Shown: in pieces, positions 20,615 to 30,211 of the stretch
Layout of the letters: each line of letters starts with the position of its first letter
Position numbering within the stretch: the stretch's first letter is position 1
Source of the DNA: Candidatus Methanomethylophilaceae archaeon
Lineage (GTDB): Archaea; Thermoplasmatota; Thermoplasmata; Methanomassiliicoccales; Methanomethylophilaceae
NCBI GenBank assembly: GCA_050950505.1
Contig: JBMNHS010000001.1
Coordinates: forward strand, 832,001-896,000
Direction: 5' to 3'
DNA length: 64,000 bases
Program-made: the position numbers and the translations under genes
Notes under the pieces: model-generated
Told to the model about the DNA's origin: nothing
Databases searched by the model: none
What the model saw: the letters and a program-made list of their open reading frames with translations, nothing else

Positions 20615-21577
20615 GGCTCTGTCCAACCCCGTTTCAGTCTTCATTCTTTTCTTGGAGAACAGAACCGAATCCATGAACACGACCCAGATGATTTCAACAA
20701 CTATCGACGTTGCGATTGCAACCATCGCGACGGAGGCCAAATTGCCGGGCAGCGTGGCGACGCACAAAGCTATGGCAATACCCTTGTTGCGGTATGACAC
20801 CATGAGGACGTCGGTGACCCTCTGAGCCCATCCGATTCCCAATTTCTTTTCGACGACTTCGACACCGGTTCCAACCACGAAAGTTCTGATTGCGGAAATC
20901 ACCGCAAACAGTGCGATGGGCGCGAACACCGGAGGGAATTTGGTTGAACTTACGGAAAGTATAACAAGGAACGAGATGAACAGATTCATCATGATTCCCA
21001 TGGTATCCCTGTCGATTTTTACCTTTGTCAGCAATCTCGACAGTACCAACGGAACCCCGATGATTTCTATGACGGTGATGAACACCCCCCTCATTTCCAC
21101 GACTTCGCCCAAAAGAATCCAGATTACGAAGGGAATCCAGACAAGAGAGAATATGTAAGTCAGAATTGTGCCTCTTCCGGCATGTTCCATATCTCCTCTC
21201 AAGGTATAGGAAAGAGGAACGACGGAAGCCGCGAAGGGCGCGGCGGCGATGAACACAAGACCCATCGCTTCGTTTTTCCAGCCTGTGTTCTTCATAAGCA
21301 GGAATCCTATGATGGGGATTATTGCGGCGACCACAAGGCCCAACAGCACCGCCCGGGTGACCGAACGGCTGTATCTCACGGGATTGAGGTTCCTGTAGGG
21401 AATGCGGGACAGGGATATCGTCATCATTATGGCGAGTACCAGCACCGTTATGTCTGCCCGTATGCCCGCAGTAAGAACACGATCCGGAAACCATCCCAAA
21501 AAATTTATGATAAGGGATATGGCCAAGCCGAGGGATAACATAATCGCGCTGCTTGCCAATATTTTTTTGATACGCAT
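20594..21577 (-). CDS. Multi-pass transporter (bile acid:Na+ symporter-like)
   Basis: About 10 hydrophobic segments; AAPFAASV and YRNKGIA motifs. Confidence 0.65.
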   Translation of the reverse strand: MRIKKILASSAIMLSLGLAISLIINFLGWFPDRVLTAGIRADITVLVLAIMMTISLSRIPYRNLNPVRYSRSVTRAVLLGLVVAAIIPIIGFLLMKNTGWKNEAMGLVFIAAAPFAASVVPLSYTLRGDMEHAGRGTILTYIFSLVWIPFVIWILLGEVVEMRGVFITVIEIIGVPLVLSRLLTKVKIDRDTMGIMMNLFISFLVILSVSSTKFPPVFAPIALFAVISAIRTFVVGTGVEVVEKKLGIGWAQRVTDVLMVSYRNKGIAIALCVATLPGNLASVAMVAIATSIVVEIIWVVFMDSVLFSKKRMKTETGLDRASEIGEA

Positions 21578-21661
21578 GACACAATCGGAAGTATGCCAGA
21601 CGTATAACCGTTTTGTACCGTCAGAACGGCAAATTTTTCGGAAAGTCTTATTTAACCCGTA

Positions 21662-22609
21662 ATGCTCACATTCAACCAGATGTCAGGTATTGTTCCGGTC
21701 AAAGCAGGATGGTACAACGCGTTCAGACCCTGGACTCTTCACGGTGCGATAGTGCCGATAGTGCTGGCCGGATTCGTCGCGTTGCACGACGCCGGTTTCA
21801 ACTGGAAAATTCTCGACTGGTTCATGTTCATCCTAGTGCTGATCGGAGGCATACTTCTGCAGTCCGCGGCCAATCTTCTGAACACTTACGGGGATTTTGA
21901 GAAAGGAACCGACACCGTCGAAAACCATATTCGGTCTCCTGAACTTGTTACGGGAGAGTTAAGGTCAAAAGACGTCAGGAACGCAGGATTCCTTTGTGTC
22001 GGCATAACCGCACTGATAGGTCTCGTGCTTCTGTGGTACAGCGGATGGTGGCTTCTTCTGATAGGCCTCGCGGGAATCTTCGGAGTGGTCATGTACACTC
22101 TGGGCGTCTCTTACAAATATTTGGGCCTGGGTCAGATAAGTACGTTCTTTCTGATGGGAATCCTGATGCCCGTGGGAACATACTACACCATGTCCGGAAC
22201 AATGACCTGGGTTCCGATTCTCCTCGGACTGCCCAACGCATTCTTCCTGACCGGGGTTCTTTCCGGAAACGAAACCCGGGATTACTATTCGGACAAGGAA
22301 GCCGGAGCCAATACCATGTCCGGCCATATGAGCTACGAAGGGGCGCTGACTTACTACAGGACGATAAATTTCATCGGTTATCCGATTCTTCTGATTATCG
22401 TTGCGGTCGGGGTTGTTCCCGTAACGTGCCTGCTGGCCGTATTTGCGCTGTACGATTACAGGAAACTGTATCTGAACTCAAAAACCGAACCCATGGACAA
22501 AACCTCGGGATTTTTGTTGGTTCCGAGAGCCTTCACCCACAATTGGCATTTCGGTGCATTGCTCGCAATAGGTTATTTAATCGGAGTCGGTCTTCCGTTG
22601 TTGATTTGA
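21662..22609 (+). CDS. menA: MenA-like UbiA prenyltransferase
   Basis: RPWTL, NLLNTYGDFEKGTD, YKYLGLG, NETRDYYSD. Confidence 0.8.
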   Translation: MLTFNQMSGIVPVKAGWYNAFRPWTLHGAIVPIVLAGFVALHDAGFNWKILDWFMFILVLIGGILLQSAANLLNTYGDFEKGTDTVENHIRSPELVTGELRSKDVRNAGFLCVGITALIGLVLLWYSGWWLLLIGLAGIFGVVMYTLGVSYKYLGLGQISTFFLMGILMPVGTYYTMSGTMTWVPILLGLPNAFFLTGVLSGNETRDYYSDKEAGANTMSGHMSYEGALTYYRTINFIGYPILLIIVAVGVVPVTCLLAVFALYDYRKLYLNSKTEPMDKTSGFLLVPRAFTHNWHFGALLAIGYLIGVGLPLLI

Positions 22610-23349
22610 TGAAAGACAACGAGCAACTCGGGATTCAGTTCGAAGGCAAAGACGTCTACGTGAAAGACGTTTTCACCGAGATTTCTTCGTATTATGACGA
22701 AATGAATGACATTATGTCCATGGGTATGATCAAACGCTGGCATAAGTTCATGATGAAGAAACTCGGAGATCTTGAAGGCAAAAAATGCCTTGACGTCGGA
22801 ACCGGCACCGGCGAGATAGCCTTCCTCATGGCTTCACGGGGCGGGAACGTTACGGGAATAGATCTGACTCCCGCAATGATTGAACTCGCGGAGAAGAAGA
22901 TGACCGAGAAGAATCTGCCGAAAGCTGACCTGATGGTAGGCGATGCCCTCGATCTTCCTTTTGAGGAGGGTACTTTCGACTGCGTTACGTCGGGATACAT
23001 GCTGAGGAACGTCACCGACATACCGAAAGCCGTCAGCGAGATGTGCCGCGTCCTCAAATCCGGCGGTATATGCGTGGTTGCCGAATTGGCAAGACCCACG
23101 AACCGTTTAATTCGTCCCTTTTACAATTTTTACATGAACCGGATTATTCCCCGTTACGGACGGAAATACGACAAGGGCCAATCCATAGACGGACGGGAAC
23201 CCGCTTACGATTGGCTGACGGCGTCCATAGAAGGATTCCCTTACGGAAAAGAAATGACTGATATTTTCCTGGACGCCGGTTTCGACGAAGCAAGATTTTT
23301 CGTGAAAAGTTTCGGTGCCGTAAACATATACGAAGGAATCAAAAAGTGA
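22609..23349 (+). CDS. menG: MenG/UbiE-family methyltransferase
   Basis: YDEMNDIMSMG, LDVGTGTG, GDALDLPF, LRNV, RVLK; TGATG overlap with menA. Confidence 0.85.
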   Translation: MKDNEQLGIQFEGKDVYVKDVFTEISSYYDEMNDIMSMGMIKRWHKFMMKKLGDLEGKKCLDVGTGTGEIAFLMASRGGNVTGIDLTPAMIELAEKKMTEKNLPKADLMVGDALDLPFEEGTFDCVTSGYMLRNVTDIPKAVSEMCRVLKSGGICVVAELARPTNRLIRPFYNFYMNRIIPRYGRKYDKGQSIDGREPAYDWLTASIEGFPYGKEMTDIFLDAGFDEARFFVKSFGAVNIYEGIKK

Positions 23350-23353
23350 ATAG

Positions 23354-23371
23354 GCCGGCCCGAAGGCCGGC
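23354..23371. terminator. Hairpin between convergent menG and aminopeptidase
   Basis: GCCGGCC-CGAA-GGCCGGC (cUUCGg loop on minus strand). Confidence 0.6.
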
Positions 23372-23381
23372 AATGGTTTCT

Positions 23382-24794
23382 TTAAGGTTTTTCCTTCGGG
23401 CTTTCGTAGAACGCCTTGAGAGCCAGGTACAGAGTGTACACATCGGCTTTTGAGGTGACTTCCACGGGTGCGTGCATGGAAAGCACGGGAACCCCCATGT
23501 CAACGGTGTCGAGATTGTGCAAGGAAATCTCCGAAGCCACGGTGCCGCCTCCGCCGGCATCCACCTTACCCAGTTCCCCGACCTGCCACTGAATTCCCGC
23601 ATCGTCAAGAATGCTTCTGAGGAATCCCATGGTTTCGGCCGAAGCGTCGTTTGTGGAATATTTTCCGCCGGATCCGGTGTATTTTGAAACCACGGGGCCG
23701 CGTCCCAGATATGAACAGTTGGTGGGTTCGTAGACATCCATGTAAGCGGGATCTATCGCGGCGTTCACGTCGCAGGACAGACACATCGACTTCTGTAGGA
23801 TGTGGCGGACTTTGAGATTGTAAGTGTCGGCAATGTCTTCCATGAAGTCCCTGAAGAAGAAAGATCTCATTCCCGACGGACCGTCGGAACCCGTTTCTTC
23901 CTTGTCGGCGAACACGGTCATCGTGGTGTATTCCGGGTCGGTGACGTCAAGTTCGGCCATAAGGTTCGTGTACGCGCAGACGCTGTCGTCCTGTCCGTAA
24001 GCCCCGATCATGGATCTGTCGAATCCGAAGTCCATGGGTTTCGCGGCGGGAACGGCGCACAGCTCGGCAGTGAGGAAATCTTTCTCCGTGATTCCGTACT
24101 TCTCGTTCAGAATCTTCATGATGTTGAGTTTTACCTTTTCGGAGACTTTATCGTCATCATAAGGCCAGGAGCCGATGAGTATGTTCATGTCTTCGGCATC
24201 GAAAGCTTCTGCCACGGGTTTCTTCATCTGGTTTCTGGCAAGATGAGGCAGAAGATCCGTGACGCAGAAATGGGGTTCGCCCTCTTCTTCGCCGATTGAT
24301 ATCTTTACCGTCTTTCCGTCTCCGGTGCAGACGATTCCGTGTATCGAAAGAGGAATCGTGAACCATTGGTATTTCTTGATTCCTCCGTAATAATGGGTTT
24401 TGAAATAAGCCATTCCGGTGCTTTCGAACAACGGGTTCGGTTTGAGATCCAAACGCGGGCTGTCGATGTGGCTTATGCCTATTCTCATTCCTTCGGACAC
24501 CGGTTTCTTTCCCATGGTGACCATAAGCAGGCTCTTGTCCCTGTTGTTAAGATAGAACTTATCGCCCGGGGCATATTTTTTGCCACGGACATATTCCGTG
24601 TATCCTTTGGATTCAAGGATGGGCACGGTGTAATCAACGACTTCCCTCTCGGTTTTGCAGTTGAGGAATTCTTTGTATCCTTCACAGAATTCCAAAGATC
24701 TTTCCAAAAGGGAATGATCCCGCTCTCCGAGGTTTTTTGGAGTAACCAGCAACTCGTCTGCGAGTTGCTGACCTTCGGTTTTGTCTTTGTCCAT
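23382..24794 (-). CDS. M18 family aminopeptidase
   Basis: SHIDSPRLDLK, YYGGIKKYQW, GQDD, DKEE, LSMHAP. Confidence 0.93.
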   Translation of the reverse strand: MDKDKTEGQQLADELLVTPKNLGERDHSLLERSLEFCEGYKEFLNCKTEREVVDYTVPILESKGYTEYVRGKKYAPGDKFYLNNRDKSLLMVTMGKKPVSEGMRIGISHIDSPRLDLKPNPLFESTGMAYFKTHYYGGIKKYQWFTIPLSIHGIVCTGDGKTVKISIGEEEGEPHFCVTDLLPHLARNQMKKPVAEAFDAEDMNILIGSWPYDDDKVSEKVKLNIMKILNEKYGITEKDFLTAELCAVPAAKPMDFGFDRSMIGAYGQDDSVCAYTNLMAELDVTDPEYTTMTVFADKEETGSDGPSGMRSFFFRDFMEDIADTYNLKVRHILQKSMCLSCDVNAAIDPAYMDVYEPTNCSYLGRGPVVSKYTGSGGKYSTNDASAETMGFLRSILDDAGIQWQVGELGKVDAGGGGTVASEISLHNLDTVDMGVPVLSMHAPVEVTSKADVYTLYLALKAFYESPKEKP

Positions 24795-25020
24795 GATGGG
24801 TCAACGAATCGGATATACTTGATTGTTTTCTACAACGTTCCGATATTGATGATGCTTAATATTCATGACATTATTATTTGTTATCATATCGTATAAATCT
24901 TTAATAAGTCATATAAAAGACGTATTAATATGATTAATAATTGATATAATAATTAAATTAAGACGTTATAAGCGATACAATTATAAAGTATAATCATAAT
25001 TAACGTCATGGGATGCCGTC

Positions 25021-26307
25021 ATGCATAATGCGGATGAAGTGGTCAGCCGGCCGGAAGGGACGGGCATCGTAAACCTGACTCTGCAAGACTGCCGGTCCTC
25101 TAAAATTTTGGAATACTATTCAGCGTTCGCCAACTCCGGCGGCGGAGAAATAACCGTTACATGTCCGAGCAGATTCGAATCCGACAAAGACGAGGAGATA
25201 TCCCTTCTCAGAAAAAGGTTGCAGGATGTTTCCAACATCAGTCCGAATCCCGTTATGAGTTCCCATTTCAGGAAATCCTCCGAAGGTTTCATTTTGGACG
25301 TTCCTTACGCGGACAGGTTGTTCCGTCCGGTTTATCTCGACGGTTCACCTGAAACGGGAACTTTCGTTTGGAAAGACTGCGACATATGCATTTGCGGAGC
25401 GGAACAGGTCAGATCTATGATTAGGGACAGATCCGACGGGAACGACGGCAAAACCATGGAAGATTTCGACGCGTCGGTGCTTAATACCGTATCCCTCGGG
25501 GATTTCAGATCCCGGCTGAAGAAAGACCATATATGGAGTTCTCTGGACGTCGAAAAACTGATGACTTCCTCTCTCGCGACCGTCAACCGTGAAAATCGGC
25601 TCGTACCCGCTGTTGCGGGCATTCTTCTGTTTTCGGATCATCACACTATAACGTCCCGGTTCAAAGGATACAGATTAAGGTATTCCGACGGCAGATGGGC
25701 AATCGATTCGGAGGACGGAAGATGGTCCGGCAACATACAGGATTTCCGTTCCGAAGTATCGGCCTGCATATCTTCGATATATGGCGATATGTCCGAATCC
25801 GTGATGGAACTTGTGACCAACGCGCTCATACATTCCGATTATCACTTGGGCGACGGAGTTTCCGTTATCTACGGCAACAGCGTTTTGAAAATAATCAATT
25901 ACGGAATGTTCAGATCCTCCGTCGAAGAATCAATCAAAGGAAAAAGAGACCGCAGAAATCCGATTATTGCCAATATCCTGAGTTCCGTTTCCACATTCAG
26001 GGGACTGGGCAACGCAATCGTGCGGTTGAATGAAAACGGTTACCGCACCGATGTGTCCCAGAACTTGATTGAAGGTAAAGTCACCGTTACCGTGAAACCC
26101 TCCAAAATCAAAGATATTGAGCTCAGCATTTATGCAAAGAGAGTTTTGGAATTGTTGATTGCGAACAAAGATATGGTCATCGACGAGATATCCGAAAAGA
26201 TCGGTCTCGGCAGGCGTCAGACGGAACGGTATCTTTCCGAATTGAAGGAAAAAGGAATTCTGAAGAGGGAAGGCAGCAGGCGTTCCGGAAGATGGAAAAT
26301 ATTATAA
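25021..26307 (+). CDS. Schlafen/AlbA_2 + HATPase_c_4 + C-terminal wHTH protein, divergent
   Basis: SAFANSGGG, ELVTNALIHSDY, RNPIIA, C-terminal LKEKGILKREGSRRSGRW. Confidence 0.75.
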   Translation: MHNADEVVSRPEGTGIVNLTLQDCRSSKILEYYSAFANSGGGEITVTCPSRFESDKDEEISLLRKRLQDVSNISPNPVMSSHFRKSSEGFILDVPYADRLFRPVYLDGSPETGTFVWKDCDICICGAEQVRSMIRDRSDGNDGKTMEDFDASVLNTVSLGDFRSRLKKDHIWSSLDVEKLMTSSLATVNRENRLVPAVAGILLFSDHHTITSRFKGYRLRYSDGRWAIDSEDGRWSGNIQDFRSEVSACISSIYGDMSESVMELVTNALIHSDYHLGDGVSVIYGNSVLKIINYGMFRSSVEESIKGKRDRRNPIIANILSSVSTFRGLGNAIVRLNENGYRTDVSQNLIEGKVTVTVKPSKIKDIELSIYAKRVLELLIANKDMVIDEISEKIGLGRRQTERYLSELKEKGILKREGSRRSGRWKIL

Positions 26308-26338
26308 CGCATTCGGTGAAAACCTAAGCGGATGTATC

Positions 26339-27193
26339 TCAGGTTATGGCATCGCGGTTGGATTTTCCCACAAAAAATACTTCAAGACCGTCTATCTCTT
26401 CATTATAAGATATCCGGGCATTCATTTGAAACACCTTTTCAAGATTGTCGGAAGTTATCACGTCCTTTGTGTTCCCGAGGGCTACAATCTCTCCGTTTTC
26501 CATGATGATGGTTCTGTCACAGTATCTTGCGGCCAAAGATATGTCGTGCGTAACCATTATCACGAGAATGTTGCGTTGTTTGATTGTTCTTTTCAGGATG
26601 TCCATAAGTTCGAATTGATGGTTTATGTCCAGATGCAATGTGGGCTCGTCCAACAAAAGAATCTCGGGATTTTGGGCCAAGGATTGTGTTATCATGACTC
26701 TTCGCCACTCGCCCCCGCTCAGTTCGTTAACGGGTCCTTCAGCAAATCCCAAAATTTCTGTTTCCTTCATTAAAGAATATATTTCTCTCAATTCTTCAAC
26801 AGAATTTTCTTCGACTTCCCCTTTGTTCGAATAGCGTCCCATCCGCACGGTTTCCAACACGGTAAAAGGGAAAGAAGCAACGGAATTCTGTTCCACCGTC
26901 GCAAGAATCCTGGATCTTTCCAAATATGAAAAATCCAATATGTCGAAAGGACCGTCCTTTTTCGCAACGTTATCGAGGATATCTTTTGAAAAGTGATCGA
27001 CGGTCACCGATCCTTTTTTGGATCTGTATTCCGAATTGATGCAATTCAGCAATGTGGTTTTACCGGAACCGTTCTGTCCCAGTATAGCGATAATTTCTCC
27101 GCTGTCGACAGAGAATTCCACATCTTTCAGTATGTCGGCAGATCCGATGCTGAAAGAAACCCCGTTCACTTTCAGATTTACCAAATCAAACAC
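26339..27193 (-). CDS. Fe-complex/cobalamin ABC transporter ATPase
   Basis: GQNGSGKTT, LSGGE, LLLDEPT, HD motif. Confidence 0.92.
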   Translation of the reverse strand: MFDLVNLKVNGVSFSIGSADILKDVEFSVDSGEIIAILGQNGSGKTTLLNCINSEYRSKKGSVTVDHFSKDILDNVAKKDGPFDILDFSYLERSRILATVEQNSVASFPFTVLETVRMGRYSNKGEVEENSVEELREIYSLMKETEILGFAEGPVNELSGGEWRRVMITQSLAQNPEILLLDEPTLHLDINHQFELMDILKRTIKQRNILVIMVTHDISLAARYCDRTIIMENGEIVALGNTKDVITSDNLEKVFQMNARISYNEEIDGLEVFFVGKSNRDAIT

Positions 27194-28241
27194 TCCATAT
27201 GTCTTTCTCCCTCTTTCTCATTATATACATAAAAAACGGAGCACCGATTATTGAAGTGATTATGCCCACCGGCAGTTCGTACGGAGGCATCAGAGAGCGT
27301 GCTATTGTGTCAAACAACATCATGAACAAAGCCCCGCCGAGAATACACATCGGTCCCAGATACTTATGGTCGGGTCCGCATATCGTTCTGAAAATATGGG
27401 GTATAATCAATCCGACAAACCCTATTATTCCGCATACGGATACTGAACTTGCCACAAGAAGGCAGGTTCCGACTATAAGCATAATTCTTACATTTTTGAC
27501 ATTCACTCCCAGTGCCTTTGCCTTCCTTTCCCCTCCGGCTATAAGATTCAATTCCCTTGAATTGTACAGGACGAGTATTGAACCGACAATAGCAGATACG
27601 GCAATTATTTTCACCGAAGCCCAATTGCATTTTTCGAAACTCCCCAAAATCCAGAATACAATGCTGGACACGGTATCGGCATCAGAGAAAAATTCAATTG
27701 TCGAGGTCAATCCGCTGAACAATGCGTTTATGGCCATACCGGAAAGAAGCAACATGATGGTGTGCGTTCCTCTCTTCTGATATGCCAGTCCGTATACCAA
27801 CAACATGGTAATCCCGGACATAATGAATGCAAAAATCGTTGTTCCGTATGTTATCTGGAATACGCCGTATCCTACCGCAATATACAATGCGGCTCCGAAT
27901 GCGGCGCCGGAAGATATGCCCAATATGGAAGGCGATGCCATCGGATTCTTGAAAAGAGCCTGCATACACATACCGCTAAGCGAAAGAGAAGCTCCCACTA
28001 TTGCGGCACATATCAGTCGGGGTATTCTTATTTCTTTGACGATGTAATTCTGACTCCAACTGGCACGTCCCATCATGGCATCGATGACAATTTCGAAATC
28101 CAGATCAACGGAACCTACGAATATACACGTAAAGAATACGGTAACCATCAGCGCAAACGTTACGATGAGCCCCACGACGGCTCTGCGTTTTATTTTCCTG
28201 TCTACACTGATCAGATGGTTCAAGTCATGCTCTTCCGTCAT
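27186..28241 (-). CDS. FecCD/BtuC-family permease
   Basis: RIPR, QALFKNPMASP, GIIGFVGLIIPH, LPVG. Confidence 0.93.
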   Translation of the reverse strand: MTEEHDLNHLISVDRKIKRRAVVGLIVTFALMVTVFFTCIFVGSVDLDFEIVIDAMMGRASWSQNYIVKEIRIPRLICAAIVGASLSLSGMCMQALFKNPMASPSILGISSGAAFGAALYIAVGYGVFQITYGTTIFAFIMSGITMLLVYGLAYQKRGTHTIMLLLSGMAINALFSGLTSTIEFFSDADTVSSIVFWILGSFEKCNWASVKIIAVSAIVGSILVLYNSRELNLIAGGERKAKALGVNVKNVRIMLIVGTCLLVASSVSVCGIIGFVGLIIPHIFRTICGPDHKYLGPMCILGGALFMMLFDTIARSLMPPYELPVGIITSIIGAPFFMYIMRKREKDIWSV

Positions 28242-28260
28242 GAAGATGCACCAAAGAGGG

Positions 28261-28286
28261 CCTGAAGGGGGATGTGCCCCTTCAGG
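28261..28286 (-). other. 10-bp intra-operon stem-loop between binding protein and permease
   Basis: CCTGAAGGGG-N6-CCCCTTCAGG perfect inverted repeat. Confidence 0.6.
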
Positions 28287-29436
28287 TTGAGGGTACTCTC
28301 ATTTTTTCATCCATGGTTCTGGAGTCCGAAAGATAGAAGATTATTATATCGGGCTTTTCGCTGACTATTTGTTCATCAGAAAGCTTCGAATCCATCAATT
28401 CAAGATAATCCGCTATGTTTTTCAAATCCAGTATGTCGGTAAGCAGATTCGTAATGAGGTTTTCGGATCCGGCGGCCTTTCCTGCCGCTGTTTCGACATA
28501 GACCTTTTTCTTACTTTCAAGTTGCATTTTTGATATGGCATCCTTCATGACGTGAATTTTTATCTGGATGTTTTCTATGAAATCCTGTGTGTTATCTATA
28601 CCCAAAAGAGTGCCTATCATTTCCGTGTTGCTCATAACCATGCTTAGTGAGTTGGAAAGAACAAATACGAATTTTACTTTCCCGCCTGTGTTACTTTCGA
28701 TTGTCTGAACGGTGCTTTCTGTAATTTTGGCATTTGTGGATCTTATGTTGTACTCGGTCATGAGTATGACGATATTTTCATCTTCGCCGCATTCATCCGC
28801 AAGTTGTTGGGAGTAAGTCATAAGATTCTCTCCAAGATCGAAAATCAAAATACCCTCGGGAACGTCGATTGAGAAATCTCTTTCCAAGGCTGTCTTACAG
28901 TCTGCCGGCATGCCGACTACGATTTCCCATAGTTTTGCAGTTGCCAAAGGACTGTTGTTTTTGGTCTCATCGAACTTTGCACAAAGTATGTTGTAAATGG
29001 TATCGACGTACGCAGCGGTGTAGCAAACGCATTTTTCGGGTATGCTGTCAATCGTTGTTGTGGCATTGGGTCCTGTTTTTCCCGTGCTGGATGAATTAAA
29101 AGTACCGACTTCCAAAGAACCGTCGGGATTAACGGTAACGCAACTGTCAAAATTCAAGGCCGATCCGGCAGTTATATCATCCATTGTCACGCCCTCCGTC
29201 GAAGGCAGATTGCCATACGCACCTTTATACAGGTCGTCAAGGAGAGATATCAGACTGGGTGTCGAATTGGAGTAGGCTCCGTTAATTTCCAGTACGGTCG
29301 GATTCCAGGAATAAAATCCCCCTCGGTTTTCCGGTTCATCTGTATTGTTTTCTTTATTGCCGAACGAGACATATGTTGCGGTGCCTGCAATAACAAGTAT
29401 AATTATCGTTGCAATTGCTATGGTTTTGCGGTTCGC
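28282..29436 (-). CDS. Membrane-anchored ABC substrate-binding protein (helical-backbone type); start codon anomalous
   Basis: Frame stays open 5' of the track ORF and adds NRKTIAIATIIILVIAGTATYV anchor; C-terminal SDEQIVSEKPDIII. Confidence 0.75.
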   Translation of the reverse strand, partial: ANRKTIAIATIIILVIAGTATYVSFGNKENNTDEPENRGGFYSWNPTVLEINGAYSNSTPSLISLLDDLYKGAYGNLPSTEGVTMDDITAGSALNFDSCVTVNPDGSLEVGTFNSSSTGKTGPNATTTIDSIPEKCVCYTAAYVDTIYNILCAKFDETKNNSPLATAKLWEIVVGMPADCKTALERDFSIDVPEGILIFDLGENLMTYSQQLADECGEDENIVILMTEYNIRSTNAKITESTVQTIESNTGGKVKFVFVLSNSLSMVMSNTEMIGTLLGIDNTQDFIENIQIKIHVMKDAISKMQLESKKKVYVETAAGKAAGSENLITNLLTDILDLKNIADYLELMDSKLSDEQIVSEKPDIIIFYLSDSRTMDEKMRVPST

Positions 29437-29464
29437 CCCAACACATACAGCAAGAATTATTTAA

Positions 29465-29489
29465 AGAGTTGGACTACTAATCCAACTCT
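29465..29489. promoter_or_regulatory. Operator box 1 (binding protein 1 operon)
   Basis: AGAGTTGGA-CTACTAA-TCCAACTCT perfect 9-bp arms next to minus-strand TTTAAATA. Confidence 0.75.
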
Positions 29490-29642
29490 GTTTTTCATAC
29501 AGTCTCATTATTTCATGCTTAAAAGAAACAATACTCTGTATCATTCAGAATTTTTTAAGGGAATCATTTAAAAACTGATGAATTAAAAATTGGAAAGAGG
29601 TTTTTGATATCCCTGTGGGATATCACAACTGGGCTCTCAGTT

Positions 29643-30020
29643 TCACTTGGGAACGTCGGTCTGCGAGCAGTCCAACGGAGGTCCCGTTTCGTAAAGAGGC
29701 GGAGGCTTGCTGCGAACCGCATCGATAACGCCGTCAGGAACCTCGAGAAAGTCCACAAGATCCTGGTTGGAAACGTATTCACCGCTGGTGATTATCGCTC
29801 CCATGAATTCCGCGATGGGCAAAACATCGAAGCCTTCTTCCTCTACGAGTTCTTGGGCCTCGCCGTCACCTTTAACATCGGCGGCAGACTTGCAGTCAAC
29901 ATATTCCACTTTGAAGCCCTTCTTCAGAAGGGCATCCATAGAATCTTTGAACCTGTTGTAGTCGGAAGCGTACTTTTTACGGGCTGCTTCCGAATCATAG
30001 ACTATGATGACATTGTCCAT
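29643..30020 (-). CDS. ArsD-like protein lacking the Cys triad
   Basis: ELVEEEGFDVLPI...GAIITSGEYVSNQDLVDFL resembles the ArsD C-terminal half. Confidence 0.6.
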   Translation of the reverse strand: MDNVIIVYDSEAARKKYASDYNRFKDSMDALLKKGFKVEYVDCKSAADVKGDGEAQELVEEEGFDVLPIAEFMGAIITSGEYVSNQDLVDFLEVPDGVIDAVRSKPPPLYETGPPLDCSQTDVPK

Positions 30021-30211
30021 AAAATTGTGATGTCTCTGAATCTTATATTTTACTTTTGTATTCTTATGCCGTCTCTGTTGTACATTAAAGTACATATCAT
30101 TCTCAATATGTTCATTATCAATTTTAACGGAATCCCGATATTTTTTGAGATTGCGTTTTTATTTTTATAAAAAAAGCGAAGTTTATTCCCTTGCGGCGGG
30201 ATACGGATACA

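Noticed and set aside
25011-25036. Short matches (GGATGCCG, TGCGGATG) to the tRNA-Gly 3' end as a possible att site
   Set aside because: Only 8 nt each, expected by chance, and no integrase nearby.
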